Shown here piece by piece: positions 1-11,154 of a DNA stretch of 64,000 nucleotides. This DNA is from Desulfatiglandales bacterium (GTDB lineage Bacteria; Desulfobacterota; DSM-4660; Desulfatiglandales; Desulfatiglandaceae). Where the stretch lies: NCBI GenBank assembly GCA_963662465.1, contig OY759599.1, positions 2,144,001 to 2,208,000 on the forward strand, written 5' to 3'. The notes below the pieces were generated by a model that was given only the letters and a program-made list of their open reading frames with translations, searched no databases and was not told the DNA's origin. Positions within the stretch are counted from its first letter, which is position 1. The number at the start of each line of letters is the position of its first letter. The position numbers and the translations under genes were made by a program.

Positions 1-789
1 GACTCCTGGTTCGGGAGCGGTCCATTTGTAAAAGGCCTTAAAGGCTTGAAGTTGAGTTATGTTATTGAAATAAAGTCAACTTTAACCGTAAGAATCCCAT
101 GCAAAGAGCCTAAACTCACCCCCAAGGGTAAGATATCTAAGAAGCAGCATGACCTTATCAAATTGCCCAATGTTTTTCAGTCTACATCATCCTTCAGCAC
201 ATGCGGTTTTGCCGCCAATATGGGCATTGGCAAAAAGGAAAAAGTCCTGTATCATACCAAAGTTATCACGGGGAACCTGAACTCTATTGCCGGAAAACAT
301 AGGATTGTTCAAAGTGTTGACCCAACCAAACAAACCACCAAATATCTTCTCACCAATGAACTCACCTGGGAGGCCACCAAGATTATTTCCGCTTATAGCA
401 ACAGATGGGTTATCGAGGAATTTTTCAGGAATGCGAAGCAGTTAACCGATATGGAGGGAGCCACTATTAGGAGCGAGCAAGGCGTGACATTAGCGTTATG
501 CCTGGTGTCCTGGATTGACTCCCTCCTCCATCTGGAAAACTATAAGCAAAGCACTGCTGGAAAATTGCCAAAGGAGCCATTAACGGTTCCTTCGATAGTC
601 CGTTTGGCTCAATACGATAATCTTGAAACTTTTCTGGATCGACTTCAAAAGGAAGATGGGCTTCTCAAAAAGTGGTGTGATGTTGAACAAAAAGGTTTGG
701 TCAGAAAGCGGAAGAAATCTAAAGAGTTGATAAAGCTACAAGATTTCTCTGAAGACCGTTCCCGGAAACAATTATCAAAGGCTGCATAA
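1..789 (+). CDS. DDE transposase, IS701/IS4-like, 5' end outside the window
   Basis: Frame is open from base 1 (DSWFGSGPF..., a DSWF/Y motif). It has YLLTNEL and RWVIEEFFRNAKQ (RWxIExxFR signature). A possible element end ...AAAACTCAAG lies at about 846. Confidence 0.75.
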   Translation, partial: DSWFGSGPFVKGLKGLKLSYVIEIKSTLTVRIPCKEPKLTPKGKISKKQHDLIKLPNVFQSTSSFSTCGFAANMGIGKKEKVLYHTKVITGNLNSIAGKHRIVQSVDPTKQTTKYLLTNELTWEATKIISAYSNRWVIEEFFRNAKQLTDMEGATIRSEQGVTLALCLVSWIDSLLHLENYKQSTAGKLPKEPLTVPSIVRLAQYDNLETFLDRLQKEDGLLKKWCDVEQKGLVRKRKKSKELIKLQDFSEDRSRKQLSKAA

Positions 790-989
790 AGCAAATATTG
801 CGCCAAAAGATCAAATTGTCAAAGAACTATTTTTCGAAAACTCAAGAATATACGCTCGAAAACACTCCGTCAACGTTTTTCAATGGACGGGGCCGTTGTG
901 CCGGCGCTGGTTGTGATGTTCTGGTACTTCCTTCGACACGCCGGAGAGGCAAAAGAAAAAGAACACCGCTACTGCAAAACAACGTAACC

Positions 990-1160
990 TGAACATGCCT
1001 TATTTTTTTCAGAAGGTCTCCCTTTCTTATGGGCTTGGACAGGCGTATCGGGCAGCACACGGCAGAGGAGTTCGAGACCGCCACCTCTCTGTTTTCGAAG
1101 AGGTGCTACCCTTACCCAGCACAGGTTCATGATCAATCCGGAGCCGGACGGTAAAATATG
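990..1160 (-). pseudogene. Remnant of a hybrid histidine kinase C-terminus (end of HATPase plus end of receiver)
   Basis: Minus strand reads YFTVRL... and later LSKPIRKGDLLKKI, matching FTVHL and [14 protein letters not shown] of the 5000..11110 kinase. The middle of the receiver is missing. Confidence 0.5.
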
Positions 1161-1350
1161 ATATAAGATCTTATAAGAAATCGCTTTTTTAAAAACGAGA
1201 TGTAACGAAAACGGACTTGGGCGTCACGTCCCCCATGGTCCACCTATGCAAGATGTGACACCAGATTTTTTCCAATGCTTATTGACAATATATTATTCAT
1301 TATGATAAAAAAATTCCTATATTGACAACATATGATCTCTTAGATGGGAT

Positions 1351-1650
1351 ATGGATTTCGAGTTAAAAACAACCGGAGAAATTGCACAACTACTGGCAAA
1401 GCAGGTTAAAGAGCTGCGCCTCCTGAACAAATGGAAACGTTCCACCATGGCCGAAAGATCCGGTGTTTCCGAGTCATCCCTGCGGCGGTTTGAGCAAACC
1501 GCCAGGATTTCGCTGGAAAATTTTTTGAAATTATTGTCAGCACTTGGGCGACTTGATGAAATGGACGATTTGTTGCTCCCCCCCTCCCCTAAATCAATTG
1601 ACGAACTTGAAACGCGAAAGCATAAACTTTCCAAAAGAGGTTCAATTTGA
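1351..1650 (+). CDS. hipB: XRE-family HTH antitoxin/regulator (HipB-like)
   Basis: HTH motif KRSTMAERSGVSESSLRRFEQ; stop codon overlaps the TTG start of hipA. Confidence 0.85.
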   Translation: MDFELKTTGEIAQLLAKQVKELRLLNKWKRSTMAERSGVSESSLRRFEQTARISLENFLKLLSALGRLDEMDDLLLPPSPKSIDELETRKHKLSKRGSI

Positions 1651-3012
1651 TCCGGCTAAATGTCCTTTTGCGCTTTAATGAAAATACGATGATCCCCGTG
1701 GGTCAGCTTGCCGAGGACCAGCACCGGCTCTATTTTCAATATGATAAGGATTTTTTAACTAAAGAACTGTGGCTGTCTCCCTACAAGCTTCCCTTAAAGT
1801 CAGAGCTCTTTGAACACAAAGACAGAGATTTCAGCCCTGTCTTCGGCTTGTTTGACGATTCATTGCCTGACGGGTGGGGCCTTTTGTTTATATGAAAGTT
1901 TCCGGTTTCCAGTTGACGGTTTCCGGTTCATTCCGTGCTTTTGTGCTATCGCTTGGTACAAATGGACACCAAAAATTTTCATCATTCGTTGTGGCCCGCG
2001 GCCATGGGGGTTAATGGATCGATACCTTAGGAAACAGGGATATGACATTGAGGCCCTGTCTATTTTGGATCGACTGGCATTTCTTGGCAAGAACACCATG
2101 GGCGCTCTGATCTATGAACCTGCCCTGGATATTATTCCCGGCGATAACAGCCCGTTTGATTTGCATGATTTATCAATACATTCACATGACATCCTGTCCG
2201 GCAGGAGCGACGACGTGTTACCACAGCTTATAGCCGCAGGCGGCAGTCCCTGCGGGGCCCGGCCAAAAGTACTTGTTGGCATTTATAATGACAATATGGT
2301 TTCCGGAGAAACAGATCTTGCGGAACATTTCGAACACTGGATTATCAAGTTCCTCTCTGGAAATGACTTCCCTGATGCCGGTCCCCTGGAGTATGCCTAT
2401 TCTTTGATGGCGCGGGATGCCGGTATAAATATGACCGAAACACGCCTATTTAACACAAACCAGGGTGATATTTTTTTCGGCATTAAACGATTTGACCGCA
2501 GTGGCAATAAACGCTTTCATGCCCATACTTTCGGCAACCTCATACATTCAAATTTCAGGATACCTTCTCAAGACTATGATCACTTTTTCAAGGTGGTCAT
2601 AAACCTGACTAAAAACCATCAGGATTTACTCCGGGCTTTCAGGCAAATGGTTTTTAACATACTTGCGAATAACCGGGACGATCATGTGAAAAATTTCGGA
2701 TTCCTGATGGATCATGAGGGCAAATGGTCGCTGTCACCGGCATACGACCTTGTTTATTCAGCCGGCCCCGGGGGGGAACACTCCATGACTGTTTCAGGTG
2801 AAGGGAAGGCTCCGGCTGAAAGAGATATTTACAAATTGTCCGAAAAGCACGGCATAAAAAAAAAGGATGCAGTCCTGATAGTTGAGCAGGTTTCTGATGC
2901 TGTAAATCGCTTTCAAACCCATGCGCTAACTGCCGGTGTCTCCAGATCCACCCGGAATAAAATTAATGCCGGCATCAAAAATAATCTTGATGGATTGGGC
3001 CGGTCTAAATAA
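1647..3012 (+). pseudogene. hipA: HipA-family Ser/Thr kinase toxin interrupted by a 124-bp insert
   Basis: N-part ends DSLPDGWGLL (1886) and C-part starts LMDR (2011). It has GGSPCGARPK, NRDDHVKNF and SPAYDL motifs. Removing 1887-2010 restores a 413-aa ORF. Confidence 0.9.
1887..2010. mobile_element. 124-bp non-coding insertion bounded by GTT
   Basis: GTT at 1886-1888 and 2010-2012. Internal ATGAAA...TTTCAT inverted pair encloses TTTCCGG-type heptamers. Subterminal TGGCC-cgc-GGCCA hairpin. Confidence 0.75.
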
Positions 3013-3035
3013 ACCGGAAGAGTTTGAATGAAATG

Positions 3036-3710
3036 TTAAAGGAACAGATTAAATACCGCCATGGCAATTAAGATGCCGTAATTGACGCTGCACCAGCCCT
3101 TTATCCGCAGGGACCGACTGAGGTAGGCGTTGTTCCTGTAGAGCATCAAAGGCAATATGATGCCCCCCTCCCCTTCTACGCGCAAATAGACGGTTACGGG
3201 CTCTTCGGATTCCAACGGCAAAGTAAAAAATGGGAGTTTTTGACCGGAGGAGCCTGCAACCAAATCGACAGGGGTACCGCCCTCCTCGGTAACCCATCCA
3301 CCCAAATCGCTCCCCGGTGCGCCAACGGATGTGCGGACAAAAAACCTTGTAAAAAGGGTCAACGGCCAATTGACGTCAAGGAGCCATTCGCCAGGAGGCG
3401 AATTGTCACCCGGTACGGTTTCGGCTTGAATCGTAAGCCGTATCCAAAAGGCGGAATCGTTTAACCCCAGGTTCAGGGTCTTTGAGCCAACCGGTTTGAA
3501 TGCTTCAGCCAAGGGGGGAGTAGCGACGTCATCAATACACCACTTACGATCCTTATCCTCCAGGATTTCCGCGTAGGGAGAGACGTCATAGCGGTTCCGG
3601 TCAGACCTGAGCTGAAGCGCGGGAACAGTCCCGGCCCCGCATACCGGCGCCACGAGCAGGCACAGGATCACTACCAGGAGGAGTTGTGGATATGCTGATA
3701 TTTTTTTCAA
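3036..3710 (-). pseudogene. 7TM-DISM sensor N-terminus (signal peptide plus extracellular domain), truncated in the first TM helix
   Basis: LNLGLNDSAFWIRL, TVYLRVEG, then YGILIAMAVFNLFL followed by a stop just beyond the hipA end. Confidence 0.75.
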
Positions 3711-3848
3711 AAGAATGCCTTAAAATAACAGGGGTAAAAATAACAGGGTGATCAAAAATTTAAGGGTTACACGTTTCACTTTTTTTTCCTTGAACTGTTT
3801 AGGACGAGCGTACTACAGATCCAATGTCTCTTTTTATTACCCACCGCC

Positions 3849-4961
3849 TCAATCTTTCGGCAATAGCCAGTTTAAAATATAACTGGTACTCCTTCCTCCG
3901 GCATTTGCTTTTGTTAATATTTTCCGTTCAACCAGATTGTTGATATCGCGTAACGCTGTATCCTGTGAACATTTTCCGATTTTGGCCCATTTTGATGAAG
4001 TCAGTTTGCCTTCAAATCCATTAAGCAGTCGATTTAGGATACCATACTGTCTCTCATTGAAGGATTGTCCGGCGTGACTTTCCCAGAAACGTGCTTTGGC
4101 TAAGATGGCTTGCAGTGTCTCTTCCGATTTTTCAATAGCGTGTTTCAGACAGCCCAAAAACCATTTCACCCACAAAGTAACATCAAGTGTCCCTTTTTGA
4201 CACTTTTCCAGGATATGATAATAAGCGCCTCGTTCACGCTGAATCTGGGAAGACATACTGTAAAATCGTTGTGTGCTTTTTTCGGATTTTGCCAGCAACA
4301 TATCCGAAATGGCACGGGCAATGCGGCCGTTGCCATCATCAAAGGGATGAATGGTAACAAACCAGAAATGTGCCAGGGATGATTTCAGCACCGGATCCAT
4401 CCCGGAACTGCCATTAAACCAATGAATAAAACGGTCCATTTCCGCATCTAATCTGTTATAAACGGGTGCTTCAAAGTGTATTTTTTCGCGACCCAGAGGG
4501 CCGGAAACAACTTGCATGACATCGCTTGAAACACCGCGCCAACCCCCAACCGTGATACGGTGCATTCCACTGCGTCCGGTTGGAAAAAGGGCTGCGTGCC
4601 AATCAAAGAGCCGTTGGGCCGTCAAGGGTGTATCGTAATTGCGAGTTACATCCATCATGACTTCCACAATGCCTTCCACATTGCGGGCAACAGCGGAAAA
4701 ATGCGCGATATCAATGCCAAGCCTGCGAGCGATCGAAGATCTCACCTGTTTGGCATCCAGTACCAGCCCCTCAATTTCGCAGGTCTTGACAACGTCTTCC
4801 GTCAGAGATAGAAGTGTGGCATCTTCACACCAGTTAAAACCCAATGCTTCCATGCGCCCAAGCAGCCGGCCCTGCAAATGGCGTGTGTCAGCAAGCAAAG
4901 CAGACACTTCTGCTTCATTCCAGGTAAAATTGGGCCATTCTTTTCGTTCATGAATATACAT
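3849..4961 (-). CDS. Fic family protein (DUF4172-type N-terminus, C-terminal HTH)
   Basis: Canonical HPFDDGNGRIAR motif; MYIHERKEWPNFTW start; SQDTALRDI HTH. Confidence 0.95.
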   Translation of the reverse strand: MYIHERKEWPNFTWNEAEVSALLADTRHLQGRLLGRMEALGFNWCEDATLLSLTEDVVKTCEIEGLVLDAKQVRSSIARRLGIDIAHFSAVARNVEGIVEVMMDVTRNYDTPLTAQRLFDWHAALFPTGRSGMHRITVGGWRGVSSDVMQVVSGPLGREKIHFEAPVYNRLDAEMDRFIHWFNGSSGMDPVLKSSLAHFWFVTIHPFDDGNGRIARAISDMLLAKSEKSTQRFYSMSSQIQRERGAYYHILEKCQKGTLDVTLWVKWFLGCLKHAIEKSEETLQAILAKARFWESHAGQSFNERQYGILNRLLNGFEGKLTSSKWAKIGKCSQDTALRDINNLVERKILTKANAGGRSTSYILNWLLPKD

Positions 4962-4964
4962 GCA

Positions 4965-5008
4965 ATCTCCTCAAATAATGCGAAGATTATAGCCTCTATT
5001 CACCGCAA
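4965..5008 (-). promoter_or_regulatory. Putative promoter/operator of the Fic gene
   Basis: Minus strand TTGCGGTGAAT...TATAAT with an overlapping imperfect inverted repeat (TGCGGTGAAT / AATCTTCGCA), then a GAGGAG RBS. Confidence 0.35.
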
Positions 5009-8000
5009 ACGCAAGACACGTACATTTCCATTGCCCCGGTTCATTGTCATGACAGCGGCGTATTCCGATATCTTCTTCAGAAGGTGTGCCTTTTTCAACG
5101 GTTTGGACAGGTAATCGGTACACCCGGCATCCAGACATTTCTGTTTGTCCTCCACGAGGGCATGGGCGGTGAGGGCAATAATTGGAGTCGCATCTTTACC
5201 GTTCTCCCTTTCCCACTTCCGGATCTCCCTGGTTGCGGTGTAGCCGTCCATCACCGGCATCCGCATATCCATCAACACTAGATCCCAAGCCCCGTCAATG
5301 AAGGCATCATAACCCTCCTTACCGTTTTGGACAACCGTTACGGTGTGGGGCGTTCTCTTTAAGTAAGCCTGGACGACGATTTGATTTTCCCTGGCATCTT
5401 CCACCAGGAGAATATTCATGGGAGATGCAAAGGCCGAGTCAGTCTCTTTATCAGGTTCGGCTTCAGCGGAAGGAACTGGGGCTCTGTCCGGTTCCAGATG
5501 CACGGTAAACGAAAAAGTGCTTCCCCTGCCCGGCTCGCTTTCCACCCGGATACGCCCGCCCATCAGTTCGGTAAGACGAGCACTGATGGTGAGTCCCAGG
5601 CCCGTGCCGCCGTAATGGCGTGTTGTGGAGGCATCGGCTTGAGTGAAACTCTCGAATATGGCCTGTTGCTTTTCCTCAGGGATGCCAATGCCCGTATCCC
5701 GAACGGAGAACTGAAGCTCAACTTCTTCCATTTTGGATTTTGGATCTCGTTTTTGAGATGTTTCATGTTCGATGCCACATTCCGCGTTCCGCATGCCGCA
5801 TTCAAGTGTGATTTCCCCTTTTTCGGTAAACTTGAGGGCATTCCCCAAGAGGTTCATCAGGATCTGTCGCAACCGCACCGGATCTCCTACAAAATGTACG
5901 GGTGTTTCCGGGGCGACATGTGAACTGAGTTGGAGTCCCTTTTCATGGGCCGTGACAGCGATCAAATCGCAGGTCTCCTTGATCAGGGTATGCAGATTGA
6001 AACACGTTTTTTCCAGATTCATGCGACCGGCCTCTACTTTCGACAGGTCGAGGATGTCGTTGATGACGTTCAAAAGGGTTTCGCCGGCATGCTGAAAAAC
6101 CCGAACATATTTTCGCTGCTCATCGTTCAGCGGGGATTCCATCAAGAGATCGGCCATGCCTAAAATAGCGTTCATGGGAGTGCGAATCTCATGGCTCATC
6201 GAGGCCAGAAATTCACTCTTGGCTCGGCTGGCGGCCTCCGCGACCCTTCTGTCCCGCAACGCCTGCTCCTTTTCCCATGTTTCCGTGATGTCTACAACGG
6301 AGCCCTCATAACAGGTTACCCGGTCTTCGGCCTCATGAAAGACGGCCCTGGCACTGACAGACACCCAGAGGCTGGTGTTGTCCCGTCTTTGAACCCGTGT
6401 TTCGAACCCCGACACCTGCCCTCTCGAACTGAGTGCGGAAAAAAGGGTTTTCAATGCCTCAGGCTCAACAAAGCAGCGCTGAACAACATCCGGCATTTCC
6501 TCCAGAAGGGCGTCTGGGGAATCGTATCCCAGGATCCTTGCAAAAGACGGATTCGCATTCAGCAGCCGTCCTTTGGGATCAATTCTAAAAATCCCCTCCA
6601 CCGCGTCTTCATACAGTGAGCGGTATCGGGATTCCGATACCTTGAGCCTCGCATAAAACTCCGAATTGGCAAGGGAGATGGCAGCCTGGGAGGAAAGAAG
6701 CCGCAACACCTGTATCCGTTTTGGTGTGAACACGCCGCCGACCTGGTTGTTTTCAAGATAGAGTATCCCAATCAGCCGGTTGCCGTGCATCATCGGGATG
6801 CACAAGAGGGACTTGGGCAGGTGTTCCCGAATATAGTCATCATTTGAAAACAGGTTCTCAGCGGTGGCGTCATCGAGCACCAGGTCTTCCAGGGTCCGGG
6901 CGACGTAGCGCACAACCGCGGGCGACAGGTCCGGGCAGGTTTCCACGGCAACCGGCTCCGTCAGGATATTCAGGCCTGAGTCCGGGACAGACCGGGCTGA
7001 AATGATGAGTTCCTCCCCCTTATTGAGGATCAGAAACCCTTTTTCCGCGCCTGCATTTTCGATGACCAGCACCATAATCTGGCGGAGCAGATTTTTCGTT
7101 TCCATTTCCTTGGAAATGGCTTGCGAACCTTTCATGAGCGTTTCAATATCAATTTGTCGAGACCGGCTTTCCATTGTGGCGGGCAAGGTGGCGCCGGCAG
7201 TGGCTCCCGGCGTCATCTCATCCAGAATTGGGGAGAATGAATCTTCAAGGTCCTGAGCCTTTCGGACTGCACCCCACTCCCGATACAGGGACACGGCCCT
7301 TTTCATATACGGCGCGGCAAACGCATCCCTCCCCCGGTTCGTCCAGAACCTTGCAGCCAGTTCACAACCCAGGGCTTCCTCCTGGAGGTAGCGGTTCTGC
7401 CCGGCCAGGGCAATGGCCTGATCGTAAAAATCCATGGCCTCTTGATCCCTTGATAAGGCCTTCATGCGCTCCGCCTCCACCAGACAATACCGATGGCGGG
7501 TATTCATGGGTCCGTATTCAGACCATTTTTTCATTTTCTTCTGGTTGTTACGGACCTGCTTCAGTGCCTTCCTGTTGGAAACAGGACCCGGGTGTTCCAG
7601 TATGGCCAGGTGCAGCAGAGAATCATAGAAATGGAATATGACAAAAATAAAGGAGCCCCTGGTCGAATAGAGAAACTGAGCGGCAAGCTGTCTGTTTACC
7701 AGGGCCTCTTCATAACGTCCGAACCAGTAGCATAGAAGAAATTTATGGAAAAAGACGTTGAACATCTCTTCAGGATTACCTGTTAAGGGGTCCTCGGGAA
7801 GGAATGCCGCTTCATCAAAATGGGCGCCCGTAAGCACACAGGGGTCAGGGGACTCACCTCTCAGATTCAACACCGTTTGAAGCAGAATATTCTGGGCCGT
7901 CAGGCTCTGTTGCTGTCCGAACCGAACCAGCACCTCCTGGTATGTGAGGAGTTCCTTCATCAGATCTTCCAAGGGCCGGCCGACACTGAAGGCGCATTTG

Positions 8001-11000
8001 CAGAAGAGGTGGGCGGAATGGGCAATAAATTCACCATCCCCGGTTTCAAGACTGTTCTGATAGCTTTCCAGAAACCCTTTCAAGGATTCATCGACGTGTC
8101 TTTTCCAGTGGTGAACAAAACAATGATAGACCACAAGGGTTCTGCTTTTGTATTCCGTGTGGTCCGCCGTGCTCAGAAGCCGCATCGCCACTTGCCCGTA
8201 CTGATACCCCACATCAATTTTCCCTAAAACGCAGCAGTGCGCCAATGCATAGCTGGCATACGAATAAACAGATCCGGGGGCATTCCCGTGCTTTACGGAC
8301 AGGATCAGGGCTTCAAATACAAAGAGGGGGAGCATGTCCGGATCGGACCTGTAGGCGGCAGACCCCGCGGTCAAAAGAATCCGAAGCGCGGCCCTTTTTT
8401 CCGGGTCTGTCATTTCGGGAAGGGCATGGAGATTCTCCGGTCGCTTTCCCATCAATGCCAGTTTGGCCCTCATCAAGCTCAAGATGATCCGAAGCTTATT
8501 GGATCGTTTGGGCAGCCGGATACCCAGGCGCTTTAGAACCGGCAGAGAGGCCCTCACCACGTCATGGTTCTTTTTCCGGGCCTTCAAGGCCTGGAATTCG
8601 GCTTCATAGACCCTTATCCGGTCCAGGAACACCCCGGCATGTTCATGCACCGTTGATCCCAGGTCATCCATGAGCGGGTATTGCCCGCAGACACATGCGG
8701 CTTCAACGGCATTGACATAAAGCCCCAATGCCAGGTCGTATTGGGTCTGCCACGCATCCGATTCCAGGAGTCCCAGGCCTGTGTTGAAAAATCCCAGGGC
8801 TGCATCAAAAGCGCCGGACCGCCTGGCTTTTATGCCGGCTTCCAAATTCAAGCCGGCCGCTTCAAGTCTTTCTTCACTTGAAAGGCTGTCGGACAGGCCT
8901 AGATCCAAGTGATTCACCAGTTCGAAGAGATTCTGCTTCAGGACACCCGATTTTCTTTTCTTCAGCATGAGGGCGCCGATCTGCCAATGCACGGCTTGTT
9001 TTTCAGTATCCGGAATGAGGTCACATGCGGCCTTTTGAATCCGGTCGTGGCAAAAAGCGAATTCAATCGGCAGGGTCTGGTCCGGCATGTGGATATCCAG
9101 TTCCACTGACTTGTAGATATCGCTTATGGGAAAGAGAAGACCCTGGGAAATAGGAGGCGCCAGTATTTCAAGACAGGCCTTGACGGATATTTCACAGAGT
9201 GGCGCCAAAATCCTGAGATCGAACCGGTTCCCGATACAGGCCGCAAATATCAGGGCCTTCCGGGCATTGGATGGAAGACTGCTGATCTTGCCTGCCATCA
9301 ATTCCGCCACATTGTCAGTGGTCCCCATTTTCCGAATTCGGCCAATATCCCAGCGCCAGCAAGCGTTCCGGTCATCAAACCGGAACAATCCTTCCGAATG
9401 GACTGTTTTTAGCAACTCACCGATAAAAAACGGGTTGCCCAGGGTCTTTTCGAGGACAAGACCGGCAAGGTCCCCGGCATCCTTCTCTCCGCAATCCAGA
9501 GTGTTCCTGACAAACCGGCTGACCTGTTTCAATGAAAGGGGCCCAAGCGGTATCCGGGAGATCCCGGCGGACGTATCTTCAATATCCTTCAGGAAAAACC
9601 ACAGGGGATGGCCCTCATGGACTTCATTGTCTCGAAAGGCCCCGATCAGAAGCAAACAGGTTGTTTTGGGGACCAGCATGTGGCGAATCAGGTTCAGGGA
9701 CGCCGGGTCGGCCCATTGCAGGTCGTCTAAGAGGATCACCAGGGGGCGTTCCGGGCGGTTGAAAATCTGTACAAAGCTTTCAAAGACTCGGCTGAAGCGG
9801 CTTCTGGTCTCAGTTGGGTTGATCTCGGGCATCTTCTCCCGAGGACCGATGATCATTTCAATTTCAGGCATCACCTCAGACATAAGCCCGGCATTGGGTC
9901 CCAGGCTGATCCTCAGTCTTTCTTTCCAATGATCCAGATCTTTCTCGCTTTCAGACAAAATCTGCCGGAACAACCCCCTGAATGCCTCAATAATGGCATC
10001 GTAGGGTTTACCCTTCTGAACCTGATCAAACTTGCCGGAAATAAAGTAGGCATTGATGCTGCTCACGTCTTGAGCCAATTCCCGAACCAGCGATGTCTTG
10101 CCGATTCCCGCACCCCCTGTCACCAGCACCACCTGGGGACGACCCTGGGCGGCCTGTTTCAGACTTTCCCGTAACCGGTCAAGTTCCCTGTCTCTGCCGT
10201 AGAGCAGTTCTGAAATCCGGAACCGGTCCGAGATATCCCGTCTTCCTAAAACGAAGGAGGAAACTTTACCCGTTTCTCCCAGTTGCTGAGCGCAGGTCTT
10301 CAGGTCCAGGGCCAGGCCTGTTGCGCTCTGGTAGCGTGCCTTCATATCCTTGGACATCAGTTTCATGACAATGTCGGAAAGAGGAACCGGTATGGCCGGA
10401 TTGAGGTCATGGGGAGGGATGGGTTGGACCGCCAGGTGGCAGTGCAGCAGCGCCATGGGATCTACTCGCTCAAAGGGCAGGCTCCCGGTCAGAAGCTCGT
10501 AGAAGACCACTCCGAGAGAGTAAAAATCGGTACGATAGTCCAAACATTGATTCATGCGGCCGGTCTGCTCAGGGGAGATGTAGGCCAGGGTGTCTGCCAT
10601 GGAACCCGGGGTGTCCGATGTGACGGTTTCAATGGATTTGAGGGTGGAAATTCCGAAACCCGTGATTTTTACCCGACCTGATTCCGGGTGATGGAGAATA
10701 TGGGTCGCGTTGATGCCCTTATGGGTAACTCCCGCGGCGTGAATCGCTCCCAAATATTCTGAAATCATGACGGCAATCGGCAGAAAAACCTTCGGGTCAT
10801 TATACCTGCCGGAAGCCTTCAGCCGGTCCAGGGATTGACCTCCGAAATCCTCCAATATAAGCACATGGCGATTTTTCAGGGTCAGGGTTCCATGGCGTTT
10901 GATGATGCCGGGAACATTTAACCGATTCAGCGTCGAGAGGATTTTGCATTCCTGTTTATACCGGGTCATCTCTATAATGGAGGGATAAGCGTTTCTCATC

Positions 11001-11110
11001 ACCTTGAGGACCACCGGCAGAGCATCCTCGATCCGACCGGCACGCAGGATCAGGGACGTGTCGCTCTCACATATGGTTTCCTTTACGTCATATCCGGGAA
11101 TTGAGATCAT
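5000..11110 (-). CDS. Multidomain sensor: Ser/Thr kinase-like, AAA ATPase, helical region, GAF, PAS, HisKA, HATPase, REC
   Basis: [10 protein letters not shown], Walker [24 protein letters not shown] (GAF), [28 protein letters not shown]. Confidence 0.95.
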   Translation of the reverse strand: MISIPGYDVKETICESDTSLILRAGRIEDALPVVLKVMRNAYPSIIEMTRYKQECKILSTLNRLNVPGIIKRHGTLTLKNRHVLILEDFGGQSLDRLKASGRYNDPKVFLPIAVMISEYLGAIHAAGVTHKGINATHILHHPESGRVKITGFGISTLKSIETVTSDTPGSMADTLAYISPEQTGRMNQCLDYRTDFYSLGVVFYELLTGSLPFERVDPMALLHCHLAVQPIPPHDLNPAIPVPLSDIVMKLMSKDMKARYQSATGLALDLKTCAQQLGETGKVSSFVLGRRDISDRFRISELLYGRDRELDRLRESLKQAAQGRPQVVLVTGGAGIGKTSLVRELAQDVSSINAYFISGKFDQVQKGKPYDAIIEAFRGLFRQILSESEKDLDHWKERLRISLGPNAGLMSEVMPEIEMIIGPREKMPEINPTETRSRFSRVFESFVQIFNRPERPLVILLDDLQWADPASLNLIRHMLVPKTTCLLLIGAFRDNEVHEGHPLWFFLKDIEDTSAGISRIPLGPLSLKQVSRFVRNTLDCGEKDAGDLAGLVLEKTLGNPFFIGELLKTVHSEGLFRFDDRNACWRWDIGRIRKMGTTDNVAELMAGKISSLPSNARKALIFAACIGNRFDLRILAPLCEISVKACLEILAPPISQGLLFPISDIYKSVELDIHMPDQTLPIEFAFCHDRIQKAACDLIPDTEKQAVHWQIGALMLKKRKSGVLKQNLFELVNHLDLGLSDSLSSEERLEAAGLNLEAGIKARRSGAFDAALGFFNTGLGLLESDAWQTQYDLALGLYVNAVEAACVCGQYPLMDDLGSTVHEHAGVFLDRIRVYEAEFQALKARKKNHDVVRASLPVLKRLGIRLPKRSNKLRIILSLMRAKLALMGKRPENLHALPEMTDPEKRAALRILLTAGSAAYRSDPDMLPLFVFEALILSVKHGNAPGSVYSYASYALAHCCVLGKIDVGYQYGQVAMRLLSTADHTEYKSRTLVVYHCFVHHWKRHVDESLKGFLESYQNSLETGDGEFIAHSAHLFCKCAFSVGRPLEDLMKELLTYQEVLVRFGQQQSLTAQNILLQTVLNLRGESPDPCVLTGAHFDEAAFLPEDPLTGNPEEMFNVFFHKFLLCYWFGRYEEALVNRQLAAQFLYSTRGSFIFVIFHFYDSLLHLAILEHPGPVSNRKALKQVRNNQKKMKKWSEYGPMNTRHRYCLVEAERMKALSRDQEAMDFYDQAIALAGQNRYLQEEALGCELAARFWTNRGRDAFAAPYMKRAVSLYREWGAVRKAQDLEDSFSPILDEMTPGATAGATLPATMESRSRQIDIETLMKGSQAISKEMETKNLLRQIMVLVIENAGAEKGFLILNKGEELIISARSVPDSGLNILTEPVAVETCPDLSPAVVRYVARTLEDLVLDDATAENLFSNDDYIREHLPKSLLCIPMMHGNRLIGILYLENNQVGGVFTPKRIQVLRLLSSQAAISLANSEFYARLKVSESRYRSLYEDAVEGIFRIDPKGRLLNANPSFARILGYDSPDALLEEMPDVVQRCFVEPEALKTLFSALSSRGQVSGFETRVQRRDNTSLWVSVSARAVFHEAEDRVTCYEGSVVDITETWEKEQALRDRRVAEAASRAKSEFLASMSHEIRTPMNAILGMADLLMESPLNDEQRKYVRVFQHAGETLLNVINDILDLSKVEAGRMNLEKTCFNLHTLIKETCDLIAVTAHEKGLQLSSHVAPETPVHFVGDPVRLRQILMNLLGNALKFTEKGEITLECGMRNAECGIEHETSQKRDPKSKMEEVELQFSVRDTGIGIPEEKQQAIFESFTQADASTTRHYGGTGLGLTISARLTELMGGRIRVESEPGRGSTFSFTVHLEPDRAPVPSAEAEPDKETDSAFASPMNILLVEDARENQIVVQAYLKRTPHTVTVVQNGKEGYDAFIDGAWDLVLMDMRMPVMDGYTATREIRKWERENGKDATPIIALTAHALVEDKQKCLDAGCTDYLSKPLKKAHLLKKISEYAAVMTMNRGNGNVRVLRLR

Positions 11111-11154
11111 CGGGATAACTCAGACAGTTTATAATGAAATGTTAAATTAAATAT

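Noticed and set aside
1810..2010. N-terminal 67 aa of the 400-aa ORF 1810..3012
   Set aside because: It is out-of-frame hipA DNA plus the 124-bp insert; the real HipA N-terminus is in the 1647 frame.
3722..3750. AAAATAACAGGG tandem duplication upstream of the 7TM-DISM remnant
   Set aside because: Only two short copies and no functional context.
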